Shown in pieces: positions 19,900-30,286 of a stretch of DNA of 64,000 bases. Source of the DNA: an uncultured Gemmatimonadales bacterium (GTDB taxonomy: Bacteria > Gemmatimonadota > Gemmatimonadetes > Longimicrobiales > RSA9); contig OY970192.1 of NCBI GenBank assembly GCA_963708135.1, positions 1,792,001 to 1,856,000 of the forward strand. Direction: 5' to 3'. The position numbers and the translations under genes were made by a program. The notes beneath the pieces were generated by a model, which was not told the origin of the DNA, searched no databases, and saw only the letters and a list, made by a program, of their open reading frames with translations. Numbering within the stretch: the first letter of the stretch is position 1; every line of letters starts with the position of its first letter.

Positions 19900-21692
19900 G
19901 GTCGCTGGAGCTTCCCGACCGGGTCCCGCCGCTTTCGGGCTGGTTCCTGCAGATGTACCGCCTGGTGTGGATCGTGGTCGGCGCGGGCGCGGTCGCCAGC
20001 ATGGTCATGGCCTACCGGATGGAGGTCCGGGCGCAGGCCGCCGTCCGCGCCGAACACGATGTCGGGCTCGTAACGGAGGGAGTGGCTCCCGAAGGCGTGC
20101 GCGTGCGCCCGTTGGGTGGCATGGCGCGGCGCGCCGGAGTCCGCGACGGCAATGTGCTCCTTCGGGTCAACGGTGAGCCGGCGCGGGTCGAGGCCGTGCC
20201 GCTCGGCAGGATGCTCGACGGACCCGAAGGCGGAACGGTCGCGGTCACGCTGAAGCAGCTCGACGGCCGGGTCCAGGACGTCACGCTGGTCCGCAGCAGC
20301 GCCTACCTGCGTGACGCCTACGCCGGCAGCGGGCTGACGTTCGCCCGCCGCCGCTGGATCGAGTTCAGCATGAACATGCTGCAGATGGTGCTGATCTTCC
20401 TGGCGGCGATCCTGCTCTTCCTGCGGCGCTCGCGTGAATCGGTTGCGGCGATGTTGGCGTTGGCGCTGCTGCTGATGCTGATCTCCGAGCAGGGGCTAGG
20501 ACTACCGGCATGGACACAACGGGTCGGCCTGGCGTCATGGAGCGTCCTTTTTTCGCTGGGAATCCTGCTGTTTCCGGACGGACGCTTCGTGTCGCGCTGG
20601 ACATGGGCCGGCGTGGCGGTGAGCGCCGTTCAGACAGTGTACTTCGTGGCCGCACGCTACTACTCGCCCATCCTGGTCGTCATCCTCGGATCCTACCTCG
20701 CCACGCTGGCCGTGGCGGTGACCGTTCGCTACCGCAAGACGCCGCCGGGCACCGAGCGCCAGCAGATCAAGTACTTCGTCCTGGGCGTGGCGGGGTGGGC
20801 CGGCTGCTTCATCCTGTCCATGTTCGCCACGCCCGCGATGCGTTGGGTCACTGACGAAGGGAGCCGCGCCTGGCTCTTTCTGGCTCAGAACGCCGTCGAA
20901 GCGCTGGGAGACATCCTGCTCGGCCTCGGCCTGCTCACGTCGCTGCTGCGTTATCGGCTCTACGACGCCGACAGCGCCATCAGCCGCTCGGTGGCCATCG
21001 GAGCCCTGACGGTCACGATGGTCGCCATCTTCGCCGGCTCCGAGCAGCTCATAGGGGCCCTCGGCGAGCAGTATTTCGGCCAGGACCTGGGCATCATGGC
21101 GAGCGGGCTGGGCGCGGCGGTGGCGGCGGCCATGATCGCTCCCCTGCACCACCGCATGCACGCCTGGGCGGAGCGGCGCTTCCGCACCGGTCTGGCCCGT
21201 CTGCGCGACGATTTCCCGCTGCTGCTGGCGGACCTGAGGGAGACGATGTCGGTGCGCGGAATCGCCGAGACCGTGCTGGACGTGGTCCTGCCCGTGGTGC
21301 GAGCCACGCGTGGAGTCGTCGTAGTGGGCGGGGCGGTCGAGGCGACGCGGGAGGTCCTCGGCGAGGCGCTCGATCGCTGGCGTGCCGATTGGTCGTGGGA
21401 GTCAGAGTCAGGGCTCGCCATCGACGGTGGCGATTCGCTGCTGCCGGTGCGCGTGCTCCTGGAGGCGCCCGGCCACGGCGCCATGGGCTGGCTGCTGCTG
21501 GGCCCACGCCCGGACGGAAGCCTGTTCGGCAAGGACGAATGCGAAGCGCTGACGCGGCTCGCCGACCCGCTGGCGCGCGCGCTCGACATCGCCCGCCAAC
21601 GCGACGAGCGCGAGGCCGGGTACGAGCGCCGGATCGCCGCACTGGAGGCGGCCATCCGGCCGGGATCGGAACACGTCGGAAGAACTGCCTGA
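19896..21692 (+). CDS. Multi-pass membrane protein with a PDZ-like and a GAF-like domain
   Basis: ARRAGVRDGNVLLRVNG (PDZ-like), several TM helices, RQQIKY, RYRLYDAD and LGPRPDG. Confidence 0.75.
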   Translation: MRSLELPDRVPPLSGWFLQMYRLVWIVVGAGAVASMVMAYRMEVRAQAAVRAEHDVGLVTEGVAPEGVRVRPLGGMARRAGVRDGNVLLRVNGEPARVEAVPLGRMLDGPEGGTVAVTLKQLDGRVQDVTLVRSSAYLRDAYAGSGLTFARRRWIEFSMNMLQMVLIFLAAILLFLRRSRESVAAMLALALLLMLISEQGLGLPAWTQRVGLASWSVLFSLGILLFPDGRFVSRWTWAGVAVSAVQTVYFVAARYYSPILVVILGSYLATLAVAVTVRYRKTPPGTERQQIKYFVLGVAGWAGCFILSMFATPAMRWVTDEGSRAWLFLAQNAVEALGDILLGLGLLTSLLRYRLYDADSAISRSVAIGALTVTMVAIFAGSEQLIGALGEQYFGQDLGIMASGLGAAVAAAMIAPLHHRMHAWAERRFRTGLARLRDDFPLLLADLRETMSVRGIAETVLDVVLPVVRATRGVVVVGGAVEATREVLGEALDRWRADWSWESESGLAIDGGDSLLPVRVLLEAPGHGAMGWLLLGPRPDGSLFGKDECEALTRLADPLARALDIARQRDEREAGYERRIAALEAAIRPGSEHVGRTA

Positions 21693-21877
21693 GGCTGGAG
21701 ATCTCGTTCCCGGGCTCTTCGGCTCCCTCGAGCCCCGCGACTCGGCGCCCGCCGCATCACCGGCTCCTCCCCCGATCTCGGTCGAGACCGTCGGTCCGGT
21801 TGGCTCGACTCACTCCGCCCTGGCATCCCGACCAACACCGGCCGGATCGGGGGGCTCCTTCAAAGGACTTCGCATTC

Positions 21878-22534
21878 ATGCCATCGGAACGATCCGAAAC
21901 CCCGCCTGACGATCCCCTTGGTGGTCGACACCCGACCAGTCATGAACAGATGGCGGGACGGCCCTGGGGCGCGTCATACCACGACGGCCCTGCGCCCTGG
22001 GATATAGACCGACCGCAGCCAGCCATTGTCCGCCTGGCGTCCCAGGGGAGTGTTCGCGGGACCGTACTCGATGCCGGTTGCGGGACGGGCGAGAACACTC
22101 TTCACATCGCGTCGCTGGCATTGCCCGTTCTGGGGGTCAACGTGGCGGAAACCGCCATCGCCCGACGGAAGGCCGACGATCGTGGGATCGAAGTCGAGTT
22201 CGCCGCGGCCGACGCGCTCCACCTGGAGAGCCTGGAGCGCACATTCGAGACGGTGCTGGACTGCGGACTGTTTCACACATTCGACGCCGACGAGCGAGCG
22301 ACGTACGTGGCGAGTCTCGGATCGGTGACCGGGCGTAGTGGTACCCTGTACGTATTGTGCTTCAGTAACGAGGATCCCGATACGGGGCCCCACACGATCC
22401 GCCCGGACGAGCTGAGAGCGGCGTTCACCGCCGCCGGTGGATGGAGTATCGCCGAGCTGAGCGCGGAGCGCATCGAGACGCGATTTCACGACAACGGCGC
22501 ACCGGCCTGGTTGGCGACCATCCAAAGGATTTAG
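21878..22534 (+). CDS. Class I SAM-dependent methyltransferase
   Basis: PWDIDRPQP, VLDAGCGTGEN and DCGLFHTF motifs. Confidence 0.9.
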   Translation: MPSERSETPPDDPLGGRHPTSHEQMAGRPWGASYHDGPAPWDIDRPQPAIVRLASQGSVRGTVLDAGCGTGENTLHIASLALPVLGVNVAETAIARRKADDRGIEVEFAAADALHLESLERTFETVLDCGLFHTFDADERATYVASLGSVTGRSGTLYVLCFSNEDPDTGPHTIRPDELRAAFTAAGGWSIAELSAERIETRFHDNGAPAWLATIQRI

Positions 22535-22632
22535 GCGTGCGTGGGCGCGCGCCGGCGGACCTGGCAGCGCCTCGGCGGACCCTCGCGCGTGCAGCACCGC
22601 CGAGCGGCCCTTGGTGGCGCCGGGCGGCCTCC

Positions 22633-22792
22633 TCAGTCCTGCGGCGCCATCGGCAGCTCGCGCACGTGCCGGCCCGTGAGCGCGAACCAGGCGTTGGTGA
22701 GCGCCGGGGCGGCGGGTGGGAGGCCCGGCTCGCCGACCCCCCCCGGGTCCTCGCGGCTGTCCACGATGTGCACGTCGATCTCGGGCGCCTCC
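22633..22792 (-). pseudogene. C-terminal fragment of a xanthine dehydrogenase/IorB-type molybdopterin subunit (repeated at 43942 and 55599)
   Basis: EAPEIDVHIVDS..PGGVGEPGLPPAAPALTNA.FALTG.HVRELP. Confidence 0.85.
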
Positions 22793-22794
22793 AG

Positions 22795-22819
22795 TGGAGC
22801 CGGCGGGAGTCGAACCCGC
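22795..22819 (-). repeat. 25-bp duplicate of the tmRNA 3' end (att-like), copy 1
   Basis: tggagccggcgggagtcgaacccgc, identical to 62515-62539. Confidence 0.95.
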
Positions 22820-22888
22820 ACCAGATCCCCCACCCCCGGATCGCGATTCGCCAGTAACCGCAACAACTATGAGCGGTTTCGACCGTCG

Positions 22889-24760
22889 GGGTGTGGGCCG
22901 CCAGGTCCGGCGCTGACGGCCGGCGCGTTGTCCCGCTCCGCCATGGTGGTGCCCCGGGTCTCGTCGAACCCTTCGGGGCATGCCCACCGTCGCACGCCCC
23001 CGATCCGTTTGGGTCCCGCCGCAGGCACAGGCGCACCGCCCAGGGCACTCCGCAACGCCACCCGCCCAGGCCGCCGTTTACCGCCGACGACGGCCCACGG
23101 CCACGCCCCTCTACCCCATCGTCCAGCACCACATCGAGGGCTTCCTGGCCCGGGCCGCCGAAGCCGATCCCTGGGGCGAGGGCGTGGCCGGCTGGGTCGA
23201 GGCCGACTTCCGGGCCTACCTCCGCTGCGGCATCCTGGCCCACGGCTTCGCCCGCGTCCGCTGTGACGACTGCGCCGCCGAGCGCCTCGTCGCCTTCTCC
23301 TGCAAGGGCCGCGGCGTCTGCCCCTCCTGCAACGCCCGCCGGATGGTCGAGGTCGCCGCGCACCTGAACGACGCCGTCCTGCCGCCGCTCCCGATCCGCC
23401 AATGGGTCCTCTCCGTCCCGAAGCGGATCCGCCCCTTCTTCCACCACGATCCCGCCCTTGCCGGCGCCGTGCTCCGGATCCTGCTCCGGGCCGTCCGCAC
23501 CCGCCTGCGTCACGGCAGTCCCGGTGCCGGCCCGGACGCGCAGATCGGCGCCGTCTCCTTCCTCCACCGCTTCGGCTCCGCCCTCAATCCCCACTTCCAC
23601 TTCCACGTCGTGGTTCTCAATGGCGTCTTCACCGGGACCGTGGACGGCGAGGTCCGCTTCGATGAGGCGACCCACTTTTCCGCCGACGACGCCTCCGCCC
23701 TCACGCCCGTCCTCCAGCGCCGCATCCTGCGCCTCTTCCAACGCCGCGGCCTCCTCGAGGAGCACACGGTGAACGACATGCTCACCTGGCAGGGCACCGG
23801 CGGCTTCAGCCTCGACGCCTCCGTCCGCATCCACGGCGCCGACCGGGCCGGCCGCGAGCGCCTCCTCCGCTACTGCGCCCGGCCGCCGTTTGCCCTCGAT
23901 CGCCTGCGGATCGAGCGTCAGTCCGGAGGGCGGGCCGACGACGACGCGGGGGTCCGCCGCGTGTTCTACCGACCCTCCCGGCCCACCTCCGACGGACGCG
24001 CTCTCCTCGCCCTCTCACCCCTCCAGTTTCTGGAAGCACTTTCCCAGCTGATCCCGCCGCCCCGGGTTCACCGCCACCGCTACCACGGCGTTCTCGCCCC
24101 CAACGCACGGCTCCGGCCCCGGGTCGTCGCCCTCGAACGCGACGCAGAGGCCCACGCGGACGAAGCCCACGGCGAGGGGCCCGGGGTCCACACCCACAAC
24201 GAGCCCGCTACCACCCTCACCGGCGCCGCCGCCCGCTCCCGCTGGGCCCAGCTCCTCGCCCGCATCTACGAGGTCTTCCCCCTCCGCTGCCCCGAGTGCG
24301 GCTCGCAGATGCGCATCATCGCTTTCCTCACCGACCCCGCGCCCGTGGGCGCCATCCTCCGACATCTCGACCTGCCCCATACCACACCGCCGCTCTCCCC
24401 CGCACGCGCTCCACCCCAAGTCGCCTTCGACCTCGACGCCGATTCCGTGCGCGCGATGCCGAAACAGGATCCCGTGCCGGCGGAAGACTTCGACCAGACG
24501 CCCGGCTTGGACGCGGCCGACCCCGAGCCCGTACCCGAGCTCGACCTCGACCAGACCCGCGGAGTCTGAGGGGCGGAGCCACGCCTGACACCCGCCTGAC
24601 GCAGCAGTCTCCACTCCATCGCCTCGGTTCGGCTCGGTTCGGCTTGCTCTCCGGCCCTCAAACCCTCCCACCCGTCCATCACGAGCACCCTTGACGCCTC
24701 GATCCCCAACCACGCACCCTACCGAAACCGGCCGAAACGGCGTTTGGATTTCCTATCCCT
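22889..24760 (+). mobile_element. ISCR/IS91-like element, copy 1 (variant 3' end)
   Basis: Left boundary shared with copy 2; ends in oriIS-like ggcgtttggatttcctatccct; no terminal IRs or TSD. Confidence 0.9.
22980..24569 (+). CDS. ISCR-type HUH rolling-circle transposase
   Basis: Zn motif CDDC...FSCKGRGVCPSC, HUH motif PHFHFH, RLLRYCARP and C-terminal CPECG. Confidence 0.92.
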   Translation: MPTVARPRSVWVPPQAQAHRPGHSATPPAQAAVYRRRRPTATPLYPIVQHHIEGFLARAAEADPWGEGVAGWVEADFRAYLRCGILAHGFARVRCDDCAAERLVAFSCKGRGVCPSCNARRMVEVAAHLNDAVLPPLPIRQWVLSVPKRIRPFFHHDPALAGAVLRILLRAVRTRLRHGSPGAGPDAQIGAVSFLHRFGSALNPHFHFHVVVLNGVFTGTVDGEVRFDEATHFSADDASALTPVLQRRILRLFQRRGLLEEHTVNDMLTWQGTGGFSLDASVRIHGADRAGRERLLRYCARPPFALDRLRIERQSGGRADDDAGVRRVFYRPSRPTSDGRALLALSPLQFLEALSQLIPPPRVHRHRYHGVLAPNARLRPRVVALERDAEAHADEAHGEGPGVHTHNEPATTLTGAAARSRWAQLLARIYEVFPLRCPECGSQMRIIAFLTDPAPVGAILRHLDLPHTTPPLSPARAPPQVAFDLDADSVRAMPKQDPVPAEDFDQTPGLDAADPEPVPELDLDQTRGV

Positions 24761-24763
24761 CGC

Positions 24764-25381
24764 ATGACGCCGCACGAGCTGCATGCCGCGCTGGACGGCG
24801 GCGCCGTGCTGCTCGACCTGCGCACCCCGCGGCCGTTCGCCGCCGAGCACGTGCCCGGCGCCGTGAACCTCCAGTTCAACCGCGCCGACCTGGCCGAGCG
24901 CGCCGAGATGATGCTGCCCATGGACGTGCCGCTGGTCGTCCACGCCGAGCCCGAGCCGATCGCGAAGATCGCCGCGAAGCTGCTGGCCGACGCCGGCTAC
25001 GACGTGCGCGGCTGGCTCGACGGCGGACTCGTCGCCTGGAAAAATGCCGGCTTCGAGACCGCCACGACGCCCGTGCTCACCGTGGACGAGCTGGAGGGGA
25101 GGCTGGGCGAGGTGCAGGTCGTGGACGCGCGCGAGCCGTTCGAGTACCGCTACGGCCACATCCCCGGCGCCGTGCTGCTGCCCTACACGGATGCGTGGGG
25201 GAAGAGCGGCGCGCTGCCGGCGGGCAGGCCCCTCGCCGTGGTCTGTGGCGACGAGGTGCGCAGCGCCGCCCTCGCCTCGCTGCTCCAGCGCGACGGCCGC
25301 GACGTGCGCCTCGTCACCGGCGGCACGACCGACTGGCTGGCGCGGGGGTTCGCGGTGGTGAAGGGCGCGCCGCCAGCTTAG
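24764..25381 (+). CDS. Tandem rhodanese-like domain protein
   Basis: LDLR...HVPGAVN and DARE..EY..GHIPGA; starts 3 bp after the oriIS end. Confidence 0.9.
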   Translation: MTPHELHAALDGGAVLLDLRTPRPFAAEHVPGAVNLQFNRADLAERAEMMLPMDVPLVVHAEPEPIAKIAAKLLADAGYDVRGWLDGGLVAWKNAGFETATTPVLTVDELEGRLGEVQVVDAREPFEYRYGHIPGAVLLPYTDAWGKSGALPAGRPLAVVCGDEVRSAALASLLQRDGRDVRLVTGGTTDWLARGFAVVKGAPPA

Positions 25382-25457
25382 CCTGGCGGCGACTACTCGA
25401 CGCAAGCAAGCCGCAGTTCAAGTGCCGCAGTCCAAGGTTGACACATTCATCGGCTCC

Positions 25458-26779
25458 CAGTACTGTCCGGTTAAGCTGAGATGATGATGCCGTAACGGAT
25501 TGCTACATGGTGCGTTACGACGTTTTGGTTGCCGCACCGATTTGAACTTCGCTCCTGCGCCGCTATCCTGCCCGGACCCCCCGGCCGGAGTAGCGCATGA
25601 ATCCCGGAAGCACGGTTTTCTCACAGGTGATGGCCCACGCATCTCGCTTCGCGCTCGATCGGTGCATCCGCCGCTACCACGGCAACCGGAGGGTCCGACG
25701 TTTCTCGTGTCGGGACCAGTTCCTCGCCATGGCCTTTGCCCAGCTCACCTACCGGGAGAGCCTGCGGGACCTCGAGGCCACCCTCGGGGCGGCCCCCGAG
25801 AAGCTGTACCATCTTGGCTTCCGTTCGCCGCTCTCTCGCAGCACGCTCGCCGATGCGAACGAGAATCGCGACTGGCGCATCTACGCCGATTTCGCTCAAC
25901 GCCTGATCGCAGACGCGCGTCGGCTCTACGCCGACGACACGTTGGGGATCGAGCTCACGAACACCGTCTACGCGCTGGATTCCACCACGATCGACCTGTG
26001 TTTGTCGCTGTTCCCCTGGGCCTCGTTTCGTACGAGCAAAGGCGGCGTGAAGCTGCATACACTGCTCGACTTGGCAGGCAGGATCCCCGCCTACGCCTGG
26101 ATCACGGACGCGAGCACCCACGATGTGCGCATCCTCGATGCGCTTATCCCGGAGCCCGGATCGATCTACGTCCTGGACCGCGGCTACGTCAACTTCGCCC
26201 GGCTCTACCGACTCGATCAGCACCGGGCCACCTTCGTCGTTCGCGCCAAGGCAAACCTCAAGTTCAACCGGCTCTCCTCAGGACCCGTCGATCGCACCAC
26301 CGGCGTCTTCTGTGATCAGATCATCCGCCTTGCGCTGCCCCGGTCTGCCAGGGCCTATCCCGACCGGCTTCGCCGCGTGCGTTTCAAGGACGCAGGGTCC
26401 GGGCAGGACCTCGTCCTTCTGACCAACAACGTCGCGCTGCCCGCCGTTACCGTGGCCGAGCTCTACCGCCTGCGGTGGCAGATCGAGCTCTTCTTCAAAT
26501 GGATCAAGCAGCACCTCAGGATCAAGCGCTTCTTCGGCACGAGCGCGAACGCTGTGCGCACGCAGATCTGGATCGCGATCAGCGTTTACGTCCTCGTCGC
26601 GATCGTCCGCAAGCGGCTCCGGATCGAGCGCGAACTCTACACAATTCTACAGATCCTGAGCGTCTATGCGTTCGAGAAAGCCCCTCTCGCACAAGTACTT
26701 ACGCGTTCGGCCTACACCCCCGAAGTCCCCTCCGATCGTAACCAGTTGTCGCTCTTCAACTTGTGACCGGACACTACTG
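25458..26779 (+). mobile_element. IS4-family element
   Basis: Inverted ends cagtactgtccggt / accggacactactg; 9-bp TSD atcggctcc. Confidence 0.95.
25597..26766 (+). CDS. IS4-family transposase (DUF4372 + DDE)
   Basis: YALDSTTIDL, LDRGY and YRLRWQIELFFKWIKQHL motifs. Confidence 0.95.
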   Translation: MNPGSTVFSQVMAHASRFALDRCIRRYHGNRRVRRFSCRDQFLAMAFAQLTYRESLRDLEATLGAAPEKLYHLGFRSPLSRSTLADANENRDWRIYADFAQRLIADARRLYADDTLGIELTNTVYALDSTTIDLCLSLFPWASFRTSKGGVKLHTLLDLAGRIPAYAWITDASTHDVRILDALIPEPGSIYVLDRGYVNFARLYRLDQHRATFVVRAKANLKFNRLSSGPVDRTTGVFCDQIIRLALPRSARAYPDRLRRVRFKDAGSGQDLVLLTNNVALPAVTVAELYRLRWQIELFFKWIKQHLRIKRFFGTSANAVRTQIWIAISVYVLVAIVRKRLRIERELYTILQILSVYAFEKAPLAQVLTRSAYTPEVPSDRNQLSLFNL

Positions 26780-26893
26780 ATCGGCTCCGTATATTTTTTG
26801 TCATCCCGCTGCTGCGCAGGCGCCCCACAGTCGTTCTCTGCATGGTGTCCCGCAGTGTCCCCAATCAGCTACACGATACGTGGACACGCCGAC

Positions 26894-28468
26894 ATGCTCA
26901 CGAGACGTGCATTGCCGCTGACATTGGCCGTTGCTGGGCTTGCTGGTGCCGGCTGCCACATGGATTCGCCTACCTCGGCCGACGTGATACGCCCAGCCCG
27001 GACGGCCGTGGATCTCGATCCACTCACGGACGTGATCCCGGGCCAGTACATCGTGATGCTGAGCGACACGGTTTCGGACGCTGCCAGCCTCGCAAATCAC
27101 GCAGTCCAGTCTGCTGGTGGGCACCTGCGCTTCACGTACGACCACGTGTTCAAGGGATTTGCTGCAAAAGTTCCATTGGGCGCCGTCGAAGGCCTGAGGC
27201 ACTTCCCCGGGGTCGCCGGAGTCTACCCCGACCACTACGTGCACATGGCCAGCCTCGGTTGGCACCTGGACCGGATCGACCAGCGCGATCTCCCGCTCGA
27301 CGGCCAGTACCGCCTGAATCGCCGTACCGGCAAGAACGTGCACATCTACATCCTGGACAACGGCGTCCGGATCACGCACGACGAGTTCAAGGACTCGCTC
27401 GGCGGCTCACGGGCGTCGAACGGGGCCAGTTCGTGAGTGATAGCCTGTGGTTTTGGTGTAAGCGGAACCGGAAGGAGCGGCCACGGGACCCATGTTGCGG
27501 CCCTGGCGGCGGGCCGTACCTTCGGGGCGGCCCCAGGCGCAAGCATCGTCAACGTGCGTGTTCTGGACTGCAATACAAATCCAGAAGGGTCCGGGAGTGA
27601 GAGTACCGTCGTTAAGGGGATGGACTGGGTCGCCGCGAACAAAGTGCGCCCTGCCGTCGTAAATCTTAGTCTCAACATCGTTGAAGCTCCTCCCAACGAC
27701 ACGGCATTGACAAGATCCGTCAATGCATTGCTCGGAGCCAACATTACTACAGTCGTCGGGGCGGCCGGAAATGCCAAAGCCAATGCCTGCTACTGGTTCC
27801 CCGGATCCGAGACCGGCGTCATCACCGTCGGATTCACGACCCTGAGCGATTCGATCGGTTACTACTCGAATCAGGGAAGTTGCGTGGATCTCTTCGCCCC
27901 GGGAGCAGACATCGTCTCGGCGTGGGATACCGGAGACAACGCCACGCATACGCTGAGTGGCAGCTCACAGGCCGCCCCTCTGGTTGCCGGCGCCGCAGCC
28001 CTCTACTTGCAGGACCATCTCAGTGCGACGCCGTCGGAAGTAAAGAATGACCTGGTGGGCACGGCTACCAGCGGGCGGCTATCGGGAATCACCCTCCCCG
28101 GGACCCCGAATCTACTCCTGTACGCGCTACGGCCATCGCCGCTCTCGGTCTCGGTCACGGGACCAACCTACATCTCCGCGAAGGGCACCTATACCTTCAC
28201 CGTGAGCTATTCGGGCTACGTGTCGCCCACGATTGACTGGACGGAAAAGCCGTGCTATGCGGCCGGAGACGGCTTCTGCACGTGGCACGATCTCGGCGGC
28301 GGGACGACCCAGAACCGGGTCCTCGCCCCTGATTGCACGGTTGGATACGACCTCTACGAGATCCGCGCCACCGTAACCGATTCAGACGGGCTGTATGCCA
28401 GCGACACCCACGATGTGCATCTCTGCAACGCCCCCGCCCCGGTGCCCAGTTCGCCGGGAGAGGACTGA
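26894..28468 (+). pseudogene. S8 subtilisin-like lipoprotein peptidase with I9 propeptide, frameshift near 27430
   Basis: PGQYIV, YILDNG, GHGTHVA, AAGN and LSGSSQAAP split over two frames. Confidence 0.88.
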
Positions 28469-29160
28469 TGGGCGTCGCCTTGCAGTTCCTGGCCGCTCCC
28501 GCTCCGGCGAACCGCGGACGAACCGGGAAACCACGGCACCGGCGCTTTCTCGCCGCCTGTTCGGTCCTCATGTTTGCACTGCTCGCCGGGGCGGCGTGCG
28601 ACCACTCACCGACTCGCCCTGCCGAGGAGCCGGACCTGAAGCCGGGGAAGCTCATCTACCAGTGGTGTCCCATCGACCAGACGGACTTCTGGCCATACGG
28701 CAAGCCGGCGGCGCCGACGGTCATCGTGGATGCGTTGCCAAGCCCGGTCCTCGAGTCTGGCCCGAATGCCGCACCATATTACCCTCTATCAGCCGAGCAG
28801 GAGGCCCGGATCACGGCACACGGTGCACGGATCCTGTACCGGTTCAACGCCAATATGGTACGTATCGAGGTCCCCACGGATTCGTTGGCGGCCATGGTGA
28901 AGGCTCCGCCGCTCGTTCTCGACGGTGTGCTTTCCGTCCCCGACACGCTGCACCACGATTACGTTTCGGATTTGGTCTTTGACCACACGCTCACTAGTGA
29001 CGATTCGTTGCTGGTGTTGCGGCTGGGCGGCTGGCCAGAGCGTCACGAGGCGGGGGATAACGTCCTTCATGCAACCATTCCTGATTCCATCGTGCCGGAG
29101 CTACGCAATCACGGCCTGATCTACTCGCTCGTGGACTTCACAGGTTGCGGCGCAGTCTGA
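28468..29160 (+). CDS. Hypothetical lipoprotein, copy 1
   Basis: Lipobox-like LAGAAC; tgatg coupling to the peptidase; paralogue at 35125. Confidence 0.75.
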   Translation: MGVALQFLAAPAPANRGRTGKPRHRRFLAACSVLMFALLAGAACDHSPTRPAEEPDLKPGKLIYQWCPIDQTDFWPYGKPAAPTVIVDALPSPVLESGPNAAPYYPLSAEQEARITAHGARILYRFNANMVRIEVPTDSLAAMVKAPPLVLDGVLSVPDTLHHDYVSDLVFDHTLTSDDSLLVLRLGGWPERHEAGDNVLHATIPDSIVPELRNHGLIYSLVDFTGCGAV

Positions 29161-29184
29161 CCGGCTTTCAATACAGCAGTCGAG

Positions 29185-29420
29185 CCTCCCTCCTCGTCGG
29201 CGACGTCGGCCGCTCCGACCTGCTCCTTCGGCGACCAGGCGCTCGACGTGCCGCCCTCGCCTCGCTCCTCCAGCGCGATGGCCGCGACGTGCGGCTCGTC
29301 ACCGGCGGCATGACCGACTGGCTGGCCCGGGGGTTCGCGGTGGCAAAGGGAACCGCGGCAGCTCAGGCTGGCGGCCACCAGTCAACGCAAACGCGCCGCG
29401 GCTCAGTTGCCGGACCTTAG
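29185..29420 (+). pseudogene. MBL-fold hydrolase scrap fused to a rhodanese C-terminal fragment
   Basis: SLLVGDVGRSDLL followed by AALASLLQRDGRDVRLVTGGMTDW, paralogous to 25265-25370. Confidence 0.7.
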
Positions 29421-30286
29421 TGGTTGACAGATTGAGGCATTTTCGCTTGCACATTCCACCACCTCGCCGCTGCGCAGGCGCTTAAATCGGTCCCGCAGCG
29501 CCCCCGATCAGCTACACCATGATGGGACACGCCGACATGTTCACGCGAAGTGCGTTGCTGCTGACACTGGCCGTTGCTGGGCTTGCTGGTACCGGTTGCC
29601 ACATGGATTCGCCTACCTCGGCCGACGTGATACGCCCAGCCGGACGGCCGTGGATCTTGAACCACTGACGGATGTCATCCCGGGCCAGTACATTGTGATG
29701 TTGGCCGACACAGTTTCTGACGCTGCCAGCCTCGCAAACCACGCAGTCCAATCTGCTGGTGGGCACCTGCGTTTCACGTACGACCACGTGTTCAAGGGGT
29801 TTGCTGCAAGAATTCCGTTGGCCGCCGTCGAAGGCCTGAGGCACTTCCCCGGGGTCGCCGGAGTCTACCCCGACCACTACGTGCACATGGCCAGCCTCGG
29901 TTGGGACCTGGACCGGATCGACCAGCGTGATCTCCCGCTCGACGGCCAGTACCGCCTGAATCGCCGTACCGGCAAGAACGTGCACATCTACATCCTGGAC
30001 AACGGCGTCCGGATCACGCACGACGAGTTCAAGGACTCGCTCGGCGGCTCACGGGCGTCGAACGGCGCGAATCTCCTCTTGGGCGATCTGCCCAGCGACA
30101 GCCTCTGGTTTTGCAATGGCGTCAGCGACGACGGCCTGAGCGGGCACGGAACGCATGTCGCGGCCCTCGCGGCCGGCCGGACCTTCGGGGCCGCACCGGG
30201 TGCGCGAATTGTCAATGTGCGCGTGTTGAATTGCAACAATGACGTTGAAGGGGCCGGCGCGGAAAGCACGCTGTTGGCAGGGCTAG

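Noticed and set aside
18873..21692. 939-aa PPK2-PDZ membrane fusion ORF
   Set aside because: PPK2 is frameshifted and has lost its stop, the linker is low-complexity Arg/Gly/Pro overlapping another plausible gene, and the membrane gene has its own coupled ATG at 19896.
22795..22840. Possible tRNA gene
   Set aside because: Only a T-arm and acceptor 3' strand identical to ssrA; no D or anticodon arm.
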